Both the position numbers and the translations under genes were made by a program. The notes under the pieces are model-generated. The model was given only the letters and a program-made list of their open reading frames with translations. It ran no database searches and was not told where the DNA came from. From positions 288,001-352,000 of the forward strand of contig CAVZQN010000001.1 of NCBI GenBank assembly GCA_963777505.1: a stretch of DNA of 64,000 nucleotides. Direction: 5' to 3'. Shown here piece by piece: positions 31,801-41,326 of this stretch; within the stretch, counting starts at the first letter, position 1, and every line of letters begins with the position of its first letter. Source of the DNA: an uncultured bacterium (lineage in GTDB: Bacteria > Acidobacteriota > HRBIN11 > JAKEFK01).

Positions 31801-33765
31801 TCACTTTTGTATCGTAGGCGGAGCATCCAATGCTGGATTGCGATCGAAAAAATTAAACGGGCGAAGTGTAATCGAATGCCATCCCAGATTATAAACAGGC
31901 CAGTCTTCAGCTGAGGGTACATGATGGAAGCCCATTGTGTACCAAAGAACAATGTCCGTATTTTCAATGTTCCGATTGCTTGAAGTCCATTTTGGAAGAC
32001 CTTCCCCAGGCATGGATTGGTTCGGATAATCTCCTGCGGCATAACGTTCTTCATTTGTGTAAGGCGTAACCCACAGATGGTAATTTGCGAACACTGCACG
32101 GCTTAGTGGAAGTTCGTTTACATCCACTAAAGGAAGAGCATTTCCTTCGGAGTGAATCATGTAAGAAACAGGATATCCCAATGCATTTGTTTTTTGATGG
32201 TTCATCACATGCCACATTGCAGGATTTTCGTAACTGAGTTTGAGCTTCGCTTCTGATTCAGTTTTTGCAACTTCCTCTTTGACACGCCACAGGCTGGGAC
32301 GCGGTCCTTCACGAAGTTTTTCAACCACCAAAGGATTGCGCATAAAAGTATTTTGTTGTCCATCAATATCCAGATCCAAACGCAGCGACAAAAAGTGATC
32401 GTGATTGATACCGGCTCTTCCGGCGGAAATAAGTGGACCCCACGCGGTATCTCTTTCTGCAGTCTCATCGCTGAGCTTTTGCGCTTTTACACCTTTTACT
32501 GCATCGATTCCAGTAGCTCCAGCTTTGTATGTAATATTTCCTTTTTGATCAAAGATCCAATCGAGTACATAGTCATAGTTGCCAACAGTTGCGATGTATC
32601 GAACAACCACTTCTGTTGCGGGACGGCTCTCCAATGCTTGTGTGATCAGATCGTAGTGGCGCCACACCGGTTCACCCGTTGATCGTTCAAAAACACAAAC
32701 GCGATTCTCCAGAGTATCTACACCTCCTGAAACATTTGACATTACTGGCGAAAGAAACGTCGCAGAGGCAGGACAATCCGCTCCGGGAACCAGAGGTGAT
32801 GCCATCGTTCCAAAACCAAAATCTCCTTCATCCATATAATTTCTGTAAAACCACCCTTTCGTTGGATCCTGATACGGCACAAAAATCTCGGATAAATATC
32901 CTTGATAAAGTACAGAACGTGGTTGATCCTTTTCGTTGAAACTTGCCATGGAGATGATGACACCCGCCCGGATGTCCCAACGGATGTGAAAAGACCATTT
33001 CTGCCATTGAACAAATGACCCATCCAAATTGATATTGCTTCCCTCTGGCGAAGATTGAATAACTGGTTTCACATTTTTTTGAACACCCGTTGAGGCTGGA
33101 TCTAATTCGGAATTTCCGCCAGGTATCGGAACAACTCCCATGTCGGTTACTTCAAGAACCTTTTTTTGATCAAGATCAACTGTGGCGAATAGTCCTTCGA
33201 TCGGATTTGCAAACACATCGCTTTTGACGTTACGAACATCAAAACAATCCACCTTACTCAGCCGCTTTGTTTTCTCAATATCATTTCCGAAATTTCCTAT
33301 GGTACGAGGCGCGCAAAAGACTTTCGTAAAATCAGTAATCCCCCGTTTTTTCAGGCCTTCCTGTATCAAGGGATCAGAAACCACCAACTCGATTGCAGCC
33401 AAAATCTCAGACATTGTTAAAAAAGGTTGTGCTCCGGGAATTTCCTTATGCGATACGACTGAACCACTAATAAGATCGACGACTGCTTCATATGTTTTTG
33501 CATTTCTCCGTAAAATTGCAGCGGCTGCTCTTGGAATCGACTTCCCTGTTTTCCAGGCAAGCACAACCGACTTTTCCGGCTCCTCAAGTTTTATTGAAGC
33601 AAAAAGTGTTTCCTTGTCTGCATGACCCGCAGACTGAAGAATTGCAGTAGTTTTTGTAATTTCAGCTGCCGTTAAAGCATCGAGCGGATGTTTTACAGAA
33701 GCACACAAATGTGCAGTCAACAGAAACAGAAATGTGGTGAGAAAAGCGCCAGTTTTCCGGGACAT
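31801..33765 (-). CDS. tynA: Periplasmic copper amine oxidase
   Basis: Signal peptide; HPLDALT; YMDEGD; TPQ motif TVGNYDY; HDH and HHVPSAEDWP copper ligands; LRPFNFFDRNP. Confidence 0.88.
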   Translation of the reverse strand: MSRKTGAFLTTFLFLLTAHLCASVKHPLDALTAAEITKTTAILQSAGHADKETLFASIKLEEPEKSVVLAWKTGKSIPRAAAAILRRNAKTYEAVVDLISGSVVSHKEIPGAQPFLTMSEILAAIELVVSDPLIQEGLKKRGITDFTKVFCAPRTIGNFGNDIEKTKRLSKVDCFDVRNVKSDVFANPIEGLFATVDLDQKKVLEVTDMGVVPIPGGNSELDPASTGVQKNVKPVIQSSPEGSNINLDGSFVQWQKWSFHIRWDIRAGVIISMASFNEKDQPRSVLYQGYLSEIFVPYQDPTKGWFYRNYMDEGDFGFGTMASPLVPGADCPASATFLSPVMSNVSGGVDTLENRVCVFERSTGEPVWRHYDLITQALESRPATEVVVRYIATVGNYDYVLDWIFDQKGNITYKAGATGIDAVKGVKAQKLSDETAERDTAWGPLISAGRAGINHDHFLSLRLDLDIDGQQNTFMRNPLVVEKLREGPRPSLWRVKEEVAKTESEAKLKLSYENPAMWHVMNHQKTNALGYPVSYMIHSEGNALPLVDVNELPLSRAVFANYHLWVTPYTNEERYAAGDYPNQSMPGEGLPKWTSSNRNIENTDIVLWYTMGFHHVPSAEDWPVYNLGWHSITLRPFNFFDRNPALDAPPTIQK

Positions 33766-33833
33766 TCCTATCCTCCTTAACGATACAAAAAGATCCGTTC
33801 GTTCCTATTTATTCGCCTGTTGTGGTCTATGGC

Positions 33834-33862
33834 TTGACAGTCCTACCGTATCCGTTTAGTCT
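33834..33862 (+). promoter_or_regulatory. Sigma-70-like promoter
   Basis: TTGACA-17 nt-TAGTCT, 17 nt upstream of ATG 33880. Confidence 0.55.
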
Positions 33863-33879
33863 CGCAAATTCAAGCTAAC

Positions 33880-35725
33880 ATGAGAACTATGAAACTTTGC
33901 CGCAAATTTGCCTTCCTGTTCCTTGTACTGATTGCCACAACAAGCAACGCCGCAACTACGGATGACGTCTTATCAAAAGATATTAAATCCTGGAAAGAGT
34001 TTATCCGTACAAACACAGCGACAGATGAAACCTCAAAATACATACGCGAATCATCAGAACCTTTATTGGTGAAAGCCGAGCAAGCTCTCGCGGAAGGAAA
34101 ACGATTCTATGCCCTTCATGTACTCGCCGTTATACGCGGGAATCTCTCCGCAATTAAATACATGGCAACTCTTCCCACAAAAACCAGGAAAGAACTTCCT
34201 GCATTTGAAGAGGAATGGAAAAAGATCGGTTTGACACTTGCTCCTGTTTTAAGCGGCAAAGAAAAACCCAACTTTGACGGTTTATCGGATGCCACGCGTG
34301 CGATCGCAGAAGCGTCTTATTCGGAAATCAAAGTCTATTACGACTCAAGCCTTGATTACGGTCGCGATACAGATCCGGATTCAGGCCTCTTTTATTTGGG
34401 AGTTGCACAAGGACAACTGGATTTTGCGCGCTTCTGCGCTGAACTAAAAGATGCAAAGCACTCGAAATCGCGCACTCCCGATCAACTCTCAGATGAGATC
34501 GACCAGTTTGAAAACCTTTTACTATCGCTATACAAACCACCGGCATCAATGGAACATCATCCGATTTTTATCCGTTCAAGTGCCATGATCAAACAAGCCC
34601 ATGAATTGATTGCCGCAAATATGAAGGATGGTGCTTTTTATCGTTATCTTGATGCGCGCAGACGCTTATCACCGATCACCGGAGCCGGCAAAACAATCAG
34701 CGCTGAAGAAGCGGCTAAACAAGCGAGTGAAATTGAAACACGCTTAGACAAAACTGCGGAAGACAACAGCATCGCACAGCTTTTTCTTGAAATGGCTTTA
34801 ACTGAAGCGGCTGATACAACTCCAAATACAAAAGGCGGCGAAACTGCAAACGTAATTTTTACTGATGTTCTCCCGCATTATTTCACTGCACTTGAGCCAG
34901 GTAAAAAGAAAACTGCTTCCTCCGAAACCTGAAATTACAGTAACTCTTGTACGTTGGCCATACACTTGAAATGTTTCCGATCCAGCAGGTTTGCTGACAC
35001 AAAGCGTCATTCAAAGTTTCAAAGGAAAGGTCAATCTTGTCACTGAAAATTATGGAAACTCCGAGCTTGCAAAACGATTTGGAGTAACACGATATCCCGC
35101 AATTTTTGTTGATGACATCTTAGTTGCAAAGCCCAAAGACTTCGGCTTCTACGGAAAAGGAGAAGGAAGCGGCGACGGACGCTATACGCCATGGAAAGAC
35201 GTCAATAGTCATGAGCGTTTCAGAAAAGATCTCACAACAATGCTCGAACGTGTTCTTGCCGGAGAAAAAGAAACGCTACGCCAGCAGACTGAATCAACTG
35301 AAACTGCCGAAATTAAGACGCTTCCGGCTTTCACATTGAATGATTTCTCTGGCAAACCGATCCGCGCAGAAGATCTGAAAGGGAAAGTTGTCCTGGTGGA
35401 ATTTTGGGCAACCTGGTGCCCGCCTTGCCGTAGTACATTAAGCTGGCTAGGTCAGCTAAAGAAACAATATGGCGATAAGCTGGAAATTGTTGCAGTCGCA
35501 ATTGAGTCTGATGAACCAGAAGTTAAGAAAGTCGCGGAAAAACTCAACCTTCCACTGCGCTGGACAATGGGATCAGCGGATGTCGCGCGATCATTCGGGG
35601 ACATCAGCGCGGTTCCGACGCTCTATTTATTCAACACAAAAGGCGAAACCGTTGAAATCTATTATGGTGCGCCACCGGAGCTGCACGATTTGGCTGAACG
35701 CGACATCGCCTCTGCACTGAAGTAG
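33880..35725 (+). CDS. Putative exported selenoprotein (~614 aa): helical domain, Sec-containing thioredoxin-like domain (UxxS), TlpA domain (WCPPC)
   Basis: Removing one A from the run near 34910 joins 33880.. to ...PKPEITVTLVRWPYT-TGA(34967)-NVSDPAGLL..ELAKRFGVTRYPAIFV.. and on to EFWATWCPPC; SECIS-like hairpin follows the TGA. Confidence 0.75.
34967..34998 (+). promoter_or_regulatory. In-frame UGA with bacterial SECIS-like hairpin
   Basis: TGA-AATGTTTCCGATCCA-GCAGGTTTGC; stem CAGCA/TGCTG with GGTT loop; GCAGGT starts 16 nt after UGA as in E. coli fdhF (GCAGGUCUGC). Confidence 0.72.
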
Positions 35726-35756
35726 CATAAAGCGAACGCGGATGTCTGGTCGCATC

Positions 35757-35900
35757 AGGGACCGCAGCCGTCTCGCCTGCACTAAGAATTGAACCACGAA
35801 GCTCACGGCATCACGAAGTTTATTTTTTAGTGGTAAGCTTCTTCGTGCCTCTTCGTGAACTTCGTGGTTTAAGAGCCGGCAAGATGCCAGCGTTACAAAT
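35757..35900. repeat. Cluster of REP-like palindromic elements
   Basis: agggaccgcagccgtctcgcctgca (reverse copy of 46578-46602); inverted pair AACCACGAAG..CACGAAG / CTTCGTG..CTTCGTGGTT; gccggcaagatgccagcgttacaaat (cf. 60496). Confidence 0.75.
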
Positions 35901-35907
35901 TGCTTGG

Positions 35908-37143
35908 ATGAATAAAATCCTGACTGCTCTACTGTTGATCTTTTTTACAGCTTTTTTATTTGCTGAAGATCCGCAAGTTACAATCCTTCGCGCCAAGCGT
36001 ATGCTCGATGTAAAGTCGGGCAACATCATCAATGATGCTGTACTTGTGATTGAAGCTGGCAAGATTACATCGGTCAATTCGAACAATCTGCCGGCTCAAG
36101 CAAATACGATTGATCTTGGTGATGTCACTTTGCTTCCAGGATTGATCGACATGCATACGCATCTTACTTATGATTCGGCCGATTTTCGTCTTGATCTTGG
36201 AAAACACCCAGGAGCCGCTACGTCAGGTAGAGCGTTATTGGGTGCGAAGTTCGCAAAAATCACATTGATGGCGGGATTCACAACTGTCCGCGATCTTGGG
36301 GCGTGTTGTTATTCTGACATTACTTTAATGCGAGCAATAGAAAAAGGAATCACTGAAGGTCCTGATATATTTCCATCCGGTTACATCATTGCAATCACCG
36401 GAGGACATTGCGATCAAACAGTTGTAAATCCAGATGTAAAAGATGCGGGCCCTGAAGAAGGAGTTGCCGATTCACCTGAGGAAATCGTTGAAGCTGTGCG
36501 TTATCAAATTAAATATGGAGCAAAGGTCATCAAAACTTGTGCGGATCAAAAACAATTCAATGAAGATGAATTACGGATTATGGCGGATGCCGCGCACAGA
36601 AGCGGAGTCAAGCTTGCGGTTCATGTCTGGGAAACTGAAAGCATTTCTAATGCAGTGAATGCCGGCGCTGATTCAATCGAACACGTCTCCTTGATGAATG
36701 ATGAAATCATCAACAGCATGATAAAAAAAGGAACCTACCTGGTTCCAACGATGTATACAGTTGACGGAATGGATTTCAGCAAATTAAAGCCTGAGATGAA
36801 AGCATTGCTTGAAAAAGAAATGCCTGAATATGAAAAGAGTTTGCGAAATTCAATCAAACGCGGAGTTAAGATTGCATTTGGCAGCGACACCGGCCAGATC
36901 TCACATGGGGAAAATGCCAAAGAATTCTCAAGCCTTGTTAAATATGGAATGACTCCACTTCAAGCGATTCAATCAGCTACAATTCACGCTGCCGATCTGC
37001 TCGGTGTTAAAGACAGGGGTTCGCTCGAAGCCGGATTGCGGGCTGACGTTATAGCCGTAAAAGGGAATCCTCTCGAAGATGTAAAGACGCTTGAAAACGT
37101 TCAGTTCGTAATGAAATCGGGCACCATATATAAGAAGCCGTAA
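35908..37143 (+). CDS. Secreted amidohydrolase (Xaa-Pro dipeptidase-like)
   Basis: LLPGLIDMHTH, GFTTVRDLG, TGGH, SIEH, FGSD motifs; signal peptide. Confidence 0.88.
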   Translation: MNKILTALLLIFFTAFLFAEDPQVTILRAKRMLDVKSGNIINDAVLVIEAGKITSVNSNNLPAQANTIDLGDVTLLPGLIDMHTHLTYDSADFRLDLGKHPGAATSGRALLGAKFAKITLMAGFTTVRDLGACCYSDITLMRAIEKGITEGPDIFPSGYIIAITGGHCDQTVVNPDVKDAGPEEGVADSPEEIVEAVRYQIKYGAKVIKTCADQKQFNEDELRIMADAAHRSGVKLAVHVWETESISNAVNAGADSIEHVSLMNDEIINSMIKKGTYLVPTMYTVDGMDFSKLKPEMKALLEKEMPEYEKSLRNSIKRGVKIAFGSDTGQISHGENAKEFSSLVKYGMTPLQAIQSATIHAADLLGVKDRGSLEAGLRADVIAVKGNPLEDVKTLENVQFVMKSGTIYKKP

Positions 37144-37162
37144 GTGATGCTACGATGAGTGC

Positions 37163-37768
37163 ATGAGCTCTGAACTGAGGCCCGAGCTAGTTTCACTGAG
37201 CCACGATTTTTATCGGAGAGGCTGGACACTTGCTACCAGTGGAAATTTTTCGGCACGGATCGATCCACAGCATTTCATCATCACTGCATCGGGAAAAGAT
37301 AAAGGTGCTCTTCAAGCAGATGATTTCGTAGAGCTGGATCTACAGGGCCATTATCGAAAATCCGGTGAAGCCCGTCCCTCAGCCGAAACGCTGCTGCATG
37401 CGACTCTCTACAAAGAGCTTCCGGATATCAATTGTGTTTTGCATACGCATTCGGTCTTCTCAAATGTGCTTTCAATGAAAGGACTCAATGAAGGAAGACT
37501 GCTGATACAAAACTATGAAATGTTGAAAGCGCTTGATGGTGTTTACACACACGAGCACACTGAAACACTCCGGGTCCTCCCAAATTCCCAGGACATGGTT
37601 GCGTTGTCGGAAAAAATTGCAGATCTTGTTCATGATGAGCCTGAGCCTCATGGTTTCTTGATTGCAGCCCATGGTTTGTATACCTGGGGAAAATCGATAC
37701 GTGAAGCAAGGAGACACCTGGAGGCTCTTGAGTTCTTGCTCGAATGTGAGCACAGAAGAGTAAAATAG
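37163..37768 (+). CDS. mtnB: Methylthioribulose-1-phosphate dehydratase
   Basis: ATSGNFS, ITASGKDKG, PSAETLLH, LHTHS, HGLYTWG. Confidence 0.92.
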   Translation: MSSELRPELVSLSHDFYRRGWTLATSGNFSARIDPQHFIITASGKDKGALQADDFVELDLQGHYRKSGEARPSAETLLHATLYKELPDINCVLHTHSVFSNVLSMKGLNEGRLLIQNYEMLKALDGVYTHEHTETLRVLPNSQDMVALSEKIADLVHDEPEPHGFLIAAHGLYTWGKSIREARRHLEALEFLLECEHRRVK

Positions 37769-37788
37769 AAACATTGGAGGAAATACCA

Positions 37789-38355
37789 ATGAGTTTACTG
37801 CGCGTCTATTCTGAAAAAGATCCACAGATGTACGATGAATTCAAGGATCATGAAAAAATCGCTGATGTAATGAAAACTTCTGGAATCCGATTTGAACTCT
37901 GGAAAGTCGATCAACCTGTTTCAGGTGACGCCACGCAGGAACAAATTTTAAAAGCCTACGAAGGTTCGCTGGATCGGATCATGGCAGAGATCGGAGTCTC
38001 TACCGCAGATGTGATCGCTGTAAACTCACAAATGCCCAATCATCCCGAACTGCGAAAGAAATTCCTGGATGAGCATATGCATGATGAAGATGAGGCGCGC
38101 TTTTTTGTAGATGGCAGCGGTATCTTCTACATTCACAAAGACGGAAAAGTATTTTGTTTGCTCTGTGAAAAAGGTGATTTCGTAAACATTCCAGCAGGAA
38201 CTACACATTGGTTTGATATGGGCCCAACTCCTCTTCTGAAATGCATTCGCACTTTCAATACGCCTGAAGGATGGGTAGCGAAATTTACCGGATCAGACAT
38301 TGCATCTCGTTATCCACGCTATGAACAAATCGTTCCTTTACCAGCAAGAGTGTGA
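37789..38355 (+). CDS. mtnD: Acireductone dioxygenase
   Basis: KFLDEHMHDEDEARFFVDGSG, PAGTTHWFDMG, GWVAKFTG. Confidence 0.93.
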   Translation: MSLLRVYSEKDPQMYDEFKDHEKIADVMKTSGIRFELWKVDQPVSGDATQEQILKAYEGSLDRIMAEIGVSTADVIAVNSQMPNHPELRKKFLDEHMHDEDEARFFVDGSGIFYIHKDGKVFCLLCEKGDFVNIPAGTTHWFDMGPTPLLKCIRTFNTPEGWVAKFTGSDIASRYPRYEQIVPLPARV

Positions 38356-39041
38356 AACCCTCAGTCATTCTGTGCGACATTGAAGGAACTACGAGCTCGC
38401 TGTCTTTTGTTCATGATGTTTTGTTTCCACTTTCCTACGAACAAATGGAGAGTTTTATCAAAAAGCATTGGAAAAGCGGAGTTATTTCTGGTGAAATTAA
38501 TTCCTTTCTCACTCAGAATCAGGAAACTGGAGCTGAGGATTTCATCCATACATTACGATCCTGGATTTTGGAAGACCGCAAAGATCCAGTATTAAAATCG
38601 ATTCAGGGAAAGATCTGGAAAGAAGCATTTGAATCAGGATCAATTCAAGGACATGTTTATCCCGATGTTCCACCAAATTTTCGCAAATGGAACGATGAGC
38701 AGATTAGAGTTTGCATCTTTAGTTCAGGATCTGTGCAAGCACAAAAGTTGTTGTTTCAATATTCCGAAGCAGGAGACCTTACGTCTTTAATATCTGCCTA
38801 TTTCGACACGACAATTGGAACGAAAAAGAACAAGGCTGCGTACGCCAGCATATCGGAACAATTGGCAGTCACTCCTGCAAAGATTCTTTTTTTGAGTGAT
38901 GTTGAAGATGAACTCAATGCAGCGCGTGATGCTGAATTGAAGACTATTCAGGTCTTACGCGAAGGCGTGATTTCAAATTCGTCCGGTCATGTAATGGTAA
39001 ATACCTTTGATGATCTCCGTTCTTTTGTGTCTTCAAGGTAA
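38352..39041 (+). CDS. mtnC: Enolase-phosphatase E1 (acireductone synthase)
   Basis: DIEGTTSSLSFVHDVLFP, FSSGSVQAQKLLF, ILFLSD. Confidence 0.93.
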   Translation: MKPSVILCDIEGTTSSLSFVHDVLFPLSYEQMESFIKKHWKSGVISGEINSFLTQNQETGAEDFIHTLRSWILEDRKDPVLKSIQGKIWKEAFESGSIQGHVYPDVPPNFRKWNDEQIRVCIFSSGSVQAQKLLFQYSEAGDLTSLISAYFDTTIGTKKNKAAYASISEQLAVTPAKILFLSDVEDELNAARDAELKTIQVLREGVISNSSGHVMVNTFDDLRSFVSSR

Positions 39042-39047
39042 GATTTC

Positions 39048-39566
39048 ATGATGCCCATTTCGATTCGTCCATACAGACTTGATGATGCTCCAGCTCTTTA
39101 TGAGGCAGCGATCGAATCTGTAAAAGAGGTTTACCCATTCATGGCCTGGTGTCATCCCACTTTATCTATCAATGATTTATGGAAATGGGTAAACGACCAA
39201 ATATCGGCGTTTGGTGCAAGAAGGCAATTTGAGTTTGTAATTCAACGCGAGGATGGCCGACTATTGGGTGGATGTGGTTTAAATCAAATTGATGGCGAAA
39301 ATCGCCGCGCAAATCTTGGATATTGGGTTCGCACTTCAGCCACTGGCCAGGGAGTCGCCAGAAGTGCTATTCGGGAATTAGTTGACTGGGCATTTCAAAA
39401 TACAAATTTAATCAGGTTGGAACTGATTATATCTTCCCAAAATTCTGCAAGCCTTCGCACTGCTGAAAATGCTGGCGCAGTAAAAGAAGGGATTTTGAAA
39501 AATCGTTTGCTGCTTCATGGAAAACCTCATGATGCGGTTGTATTTTCATTCACTCGCACCATCTAG
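39048..39566 (+). CDS. RimJ/RimL-family GNAT acetyltransferase
   Basis: ANLGYWV..SATGQG, NSASLRTAE.AG...EG. Confidence 0.87.
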   Translation: MMPISIRPYRLDDAPALYEAAIESVKEVYPFMAWCHPTLSINDLWKWVNDQISAFGARRQFEFVIQREDGRLLGGCGLNQIDGENRRANLGYWVRTSATGQGVARSAIRELVDWAFQNTNLIRLELIISSQNSASLRTAENAGAVKEGILKNRLLLHGKPHDAVVFSFTRTI

Positions 39567-39643
39567 TAAATCTCCCCTCGGAATCGCATTCAATCCGTCC
39601 TGAGCCTATATTTAGTCATCCGTATATGAGGGGGATCTGTGCA

Positions 39644-41314
39644 ATGCCAACTTTCTTAAAACCGACAGTTCTAAAACGTTACAAAGATATAGTTTTGCTT
39701 TTTCTGAAATATGGTCGCTCCGATCTCTTTAAAAGTGCCGACCTTGAAGACATTTTACAGGATGGTGAAGATCAGCAAGAAACGAAATCGTCTCCAGAAA
39801 ATCTTGCAAAAGATCTTGAAAAAATGGGTCCGACTTTTGTCAAGCTTGGACAATTGTTATCGACACGTGCTGATCTTTTGCCAAAGCCTTATCTGGAAGG
39901 GCTTAGCCGCTTACAGGATGATGTAGAGCCTTTCCCCTTTGCCGAAGTTGAACAAATCGTTTCATCAGAAATTGGCCTGAGGTTGTCTAAAGCGTTTCAA
40001 TTTTTTGAGGCAGAACCAATTGCTGCAGCATCCCTCGGACAAGTTCATCGTGCCGCATTAAGAGACGGGCGTCTTGTTGCGGTAAAAGTCCAACGTCCTG
40101 GAATTCGAAAAATTATCGCAGGAGATCTTGAAGCTTTGGAGGAAATTGCAGCCTTTCTGCAGAAGAACACAGAATTTGGAAAACATTTCGAACCTTCAAA
40201 TGTTCTTGATCAATTTCGAAAAGCTCTACTGCGAGAACTTGATTACTTGCAAGAAGCACGGAATATGGAAATCCTCAGAACAAACCTCAAAGAATTTCAG
40301 AAAATATTTATCCCCAGCCCGATTGAAAGTTATACAACTTCGACGGTTCTTACGATGGATTATGTCCAGGGGAAAAAAATTACTGCGCTCGGGCCACTCG
40401 CTCATACTGAACTCCATGGCAAGGACCTTGTTGATGAATTATTTAAAGCCTATCTTCATCAAGTCTTAGTGGATGGTTTTTTTCATGCTGATCCACATCC
40501 AGGAAATGTGTTTCTTACAGAGGATGCAAGGATTGCATTAATCGATTTAGGAATGGTGGCGGTAATCTCACCGCGTATGCAGGAAAATTTATTAGGCCTG
40601 CTGCTGGCGATCAGTAATGGCCGAAGCGAAGAAGCAACTGCAATTGCAAACAAAATTGGAGAAACTCGAGAGAATTTCGACTCACTGCAATTTCAAAGAA
40701 GGATTGCCGACATCATCGGAGAAAATCAAACTGCCCGGCTTCAACAAATTGAAGTAGGTAGGCTTGTGATGGAAGTCGCGCGGATCTCGGGAGACTGTGG
40801 GATCAGAATTCCTTCTGAAGTAACAATGCTAGGAAAAACTCTGTTGAATCTTGATCATGTTGCAAAAGTACTCGATCCTGATTTTGATCCAAATGCAGCA
40901 ATTCGCAAACATGCATCAGAAATCCTAAGACAACGAATGACAAAAAGCATGACACCTTCTAATGTTCTTGCAACTTTCATTGAAAGTAAGGAATTTATTG
41001 AACGCCTTCCTTCACGGCTGAACAAAATAATGGATTCAATAGCAGAAAATAAAATACGGGTGGAAGTCGATGCATTAGATGAAGCTCAATTGATGGCGGG
41101 CTTTCAGAAAGTAGCAAACAGAATTACTGTTGGACTGATTCTCGCAGCCTTGATCGTTGGGGCTTCAATGTTAATGAGAGTCGAAACTTCCTTTAGAATT
41201 CTTGGCTATCCTGGTTTTGCAATCCTCTTCTTTGTTGCGGCTGCATTGGGAGGAATTATACTTGTGATTAATATACTTTTTTCCGATGAAAATCCGCCAA
41301 AGAAGAAGTCGTAA
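39644..41314 (+). CDS. AarF/ABC1/UbiB-family kinase
   Basis: GPTFVKLGQLLSTRADL, AAASLGQVH, VAVKVQRP, FFHADPHPGN, IDLGMV; two C-terminal TMs. Confidence 0.92.
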   Translation: MPTFLKPTVLKRYKDIVLLFLKYGRSDLFKSADLEDILQDGEDQQETKSSPENLAKDLEKMGPTFVKLGQLLSTRADLLPKPYLEGLSRLQDDVEPFPFAEVEQIVSSEIGLRLSKAFQFFEAEPIAAASLGQVHRAALRDGRLVAVKVQRPGIRKIIAGDLEALEEIAAFLQKNTEFGKHFEPSNVLDQFRKALLRELDYLQEARNMEILRTNLKEFQKIFIPSPIESYTTSTVLTMDYVQGKKITALGPLAHTELHGKDLVDELFKAYLHQVLVDGFFHADPHPGNVFLTEDARIALIDLGMVAVISPRMQENLLGLLLAISNGRSEEATAIANKIGETRENFDSLQFQRRIADIIGENQTARLQQIEVGRLVMEVARISGDCGIRIPSEVTMLGKTLLNLDHVAKVLDPDFDPNAAIRKHASEILRQRMTKSMTPSNVLATFIESKEFIERLPSRLNKIMDSIAENKIRVEVDALDEAQLMAGFQKVANRITVGLILAALIVGASMLMRVETSFRILGYPGFAILFFVAAALGGIILVINILFSDENPPKKKS

Positions 41315-41326
41315 TAAATATACGGG

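Noticed and set aside
34991-35725. Stand-alone TlpA gene starting at TTG 34991
   Set aside because: No RBS; the start lies inside the SECIS-like hairpin and would truncate a thioredoxin fold that continues upstream through the UGA
35757-35900. CRISPR array or ncRNA
   Set aside because: The repeats are palindromic, heterogeneous and dispersed elsewhere in the window, with no regular spacers; this is REP-like
37163-39041. mtnBDC without mtnK/mtnA as an unusual pathway
   Set aside because: Split methionine-salvage operons are common; the other genes may lie elsewhere in the genome
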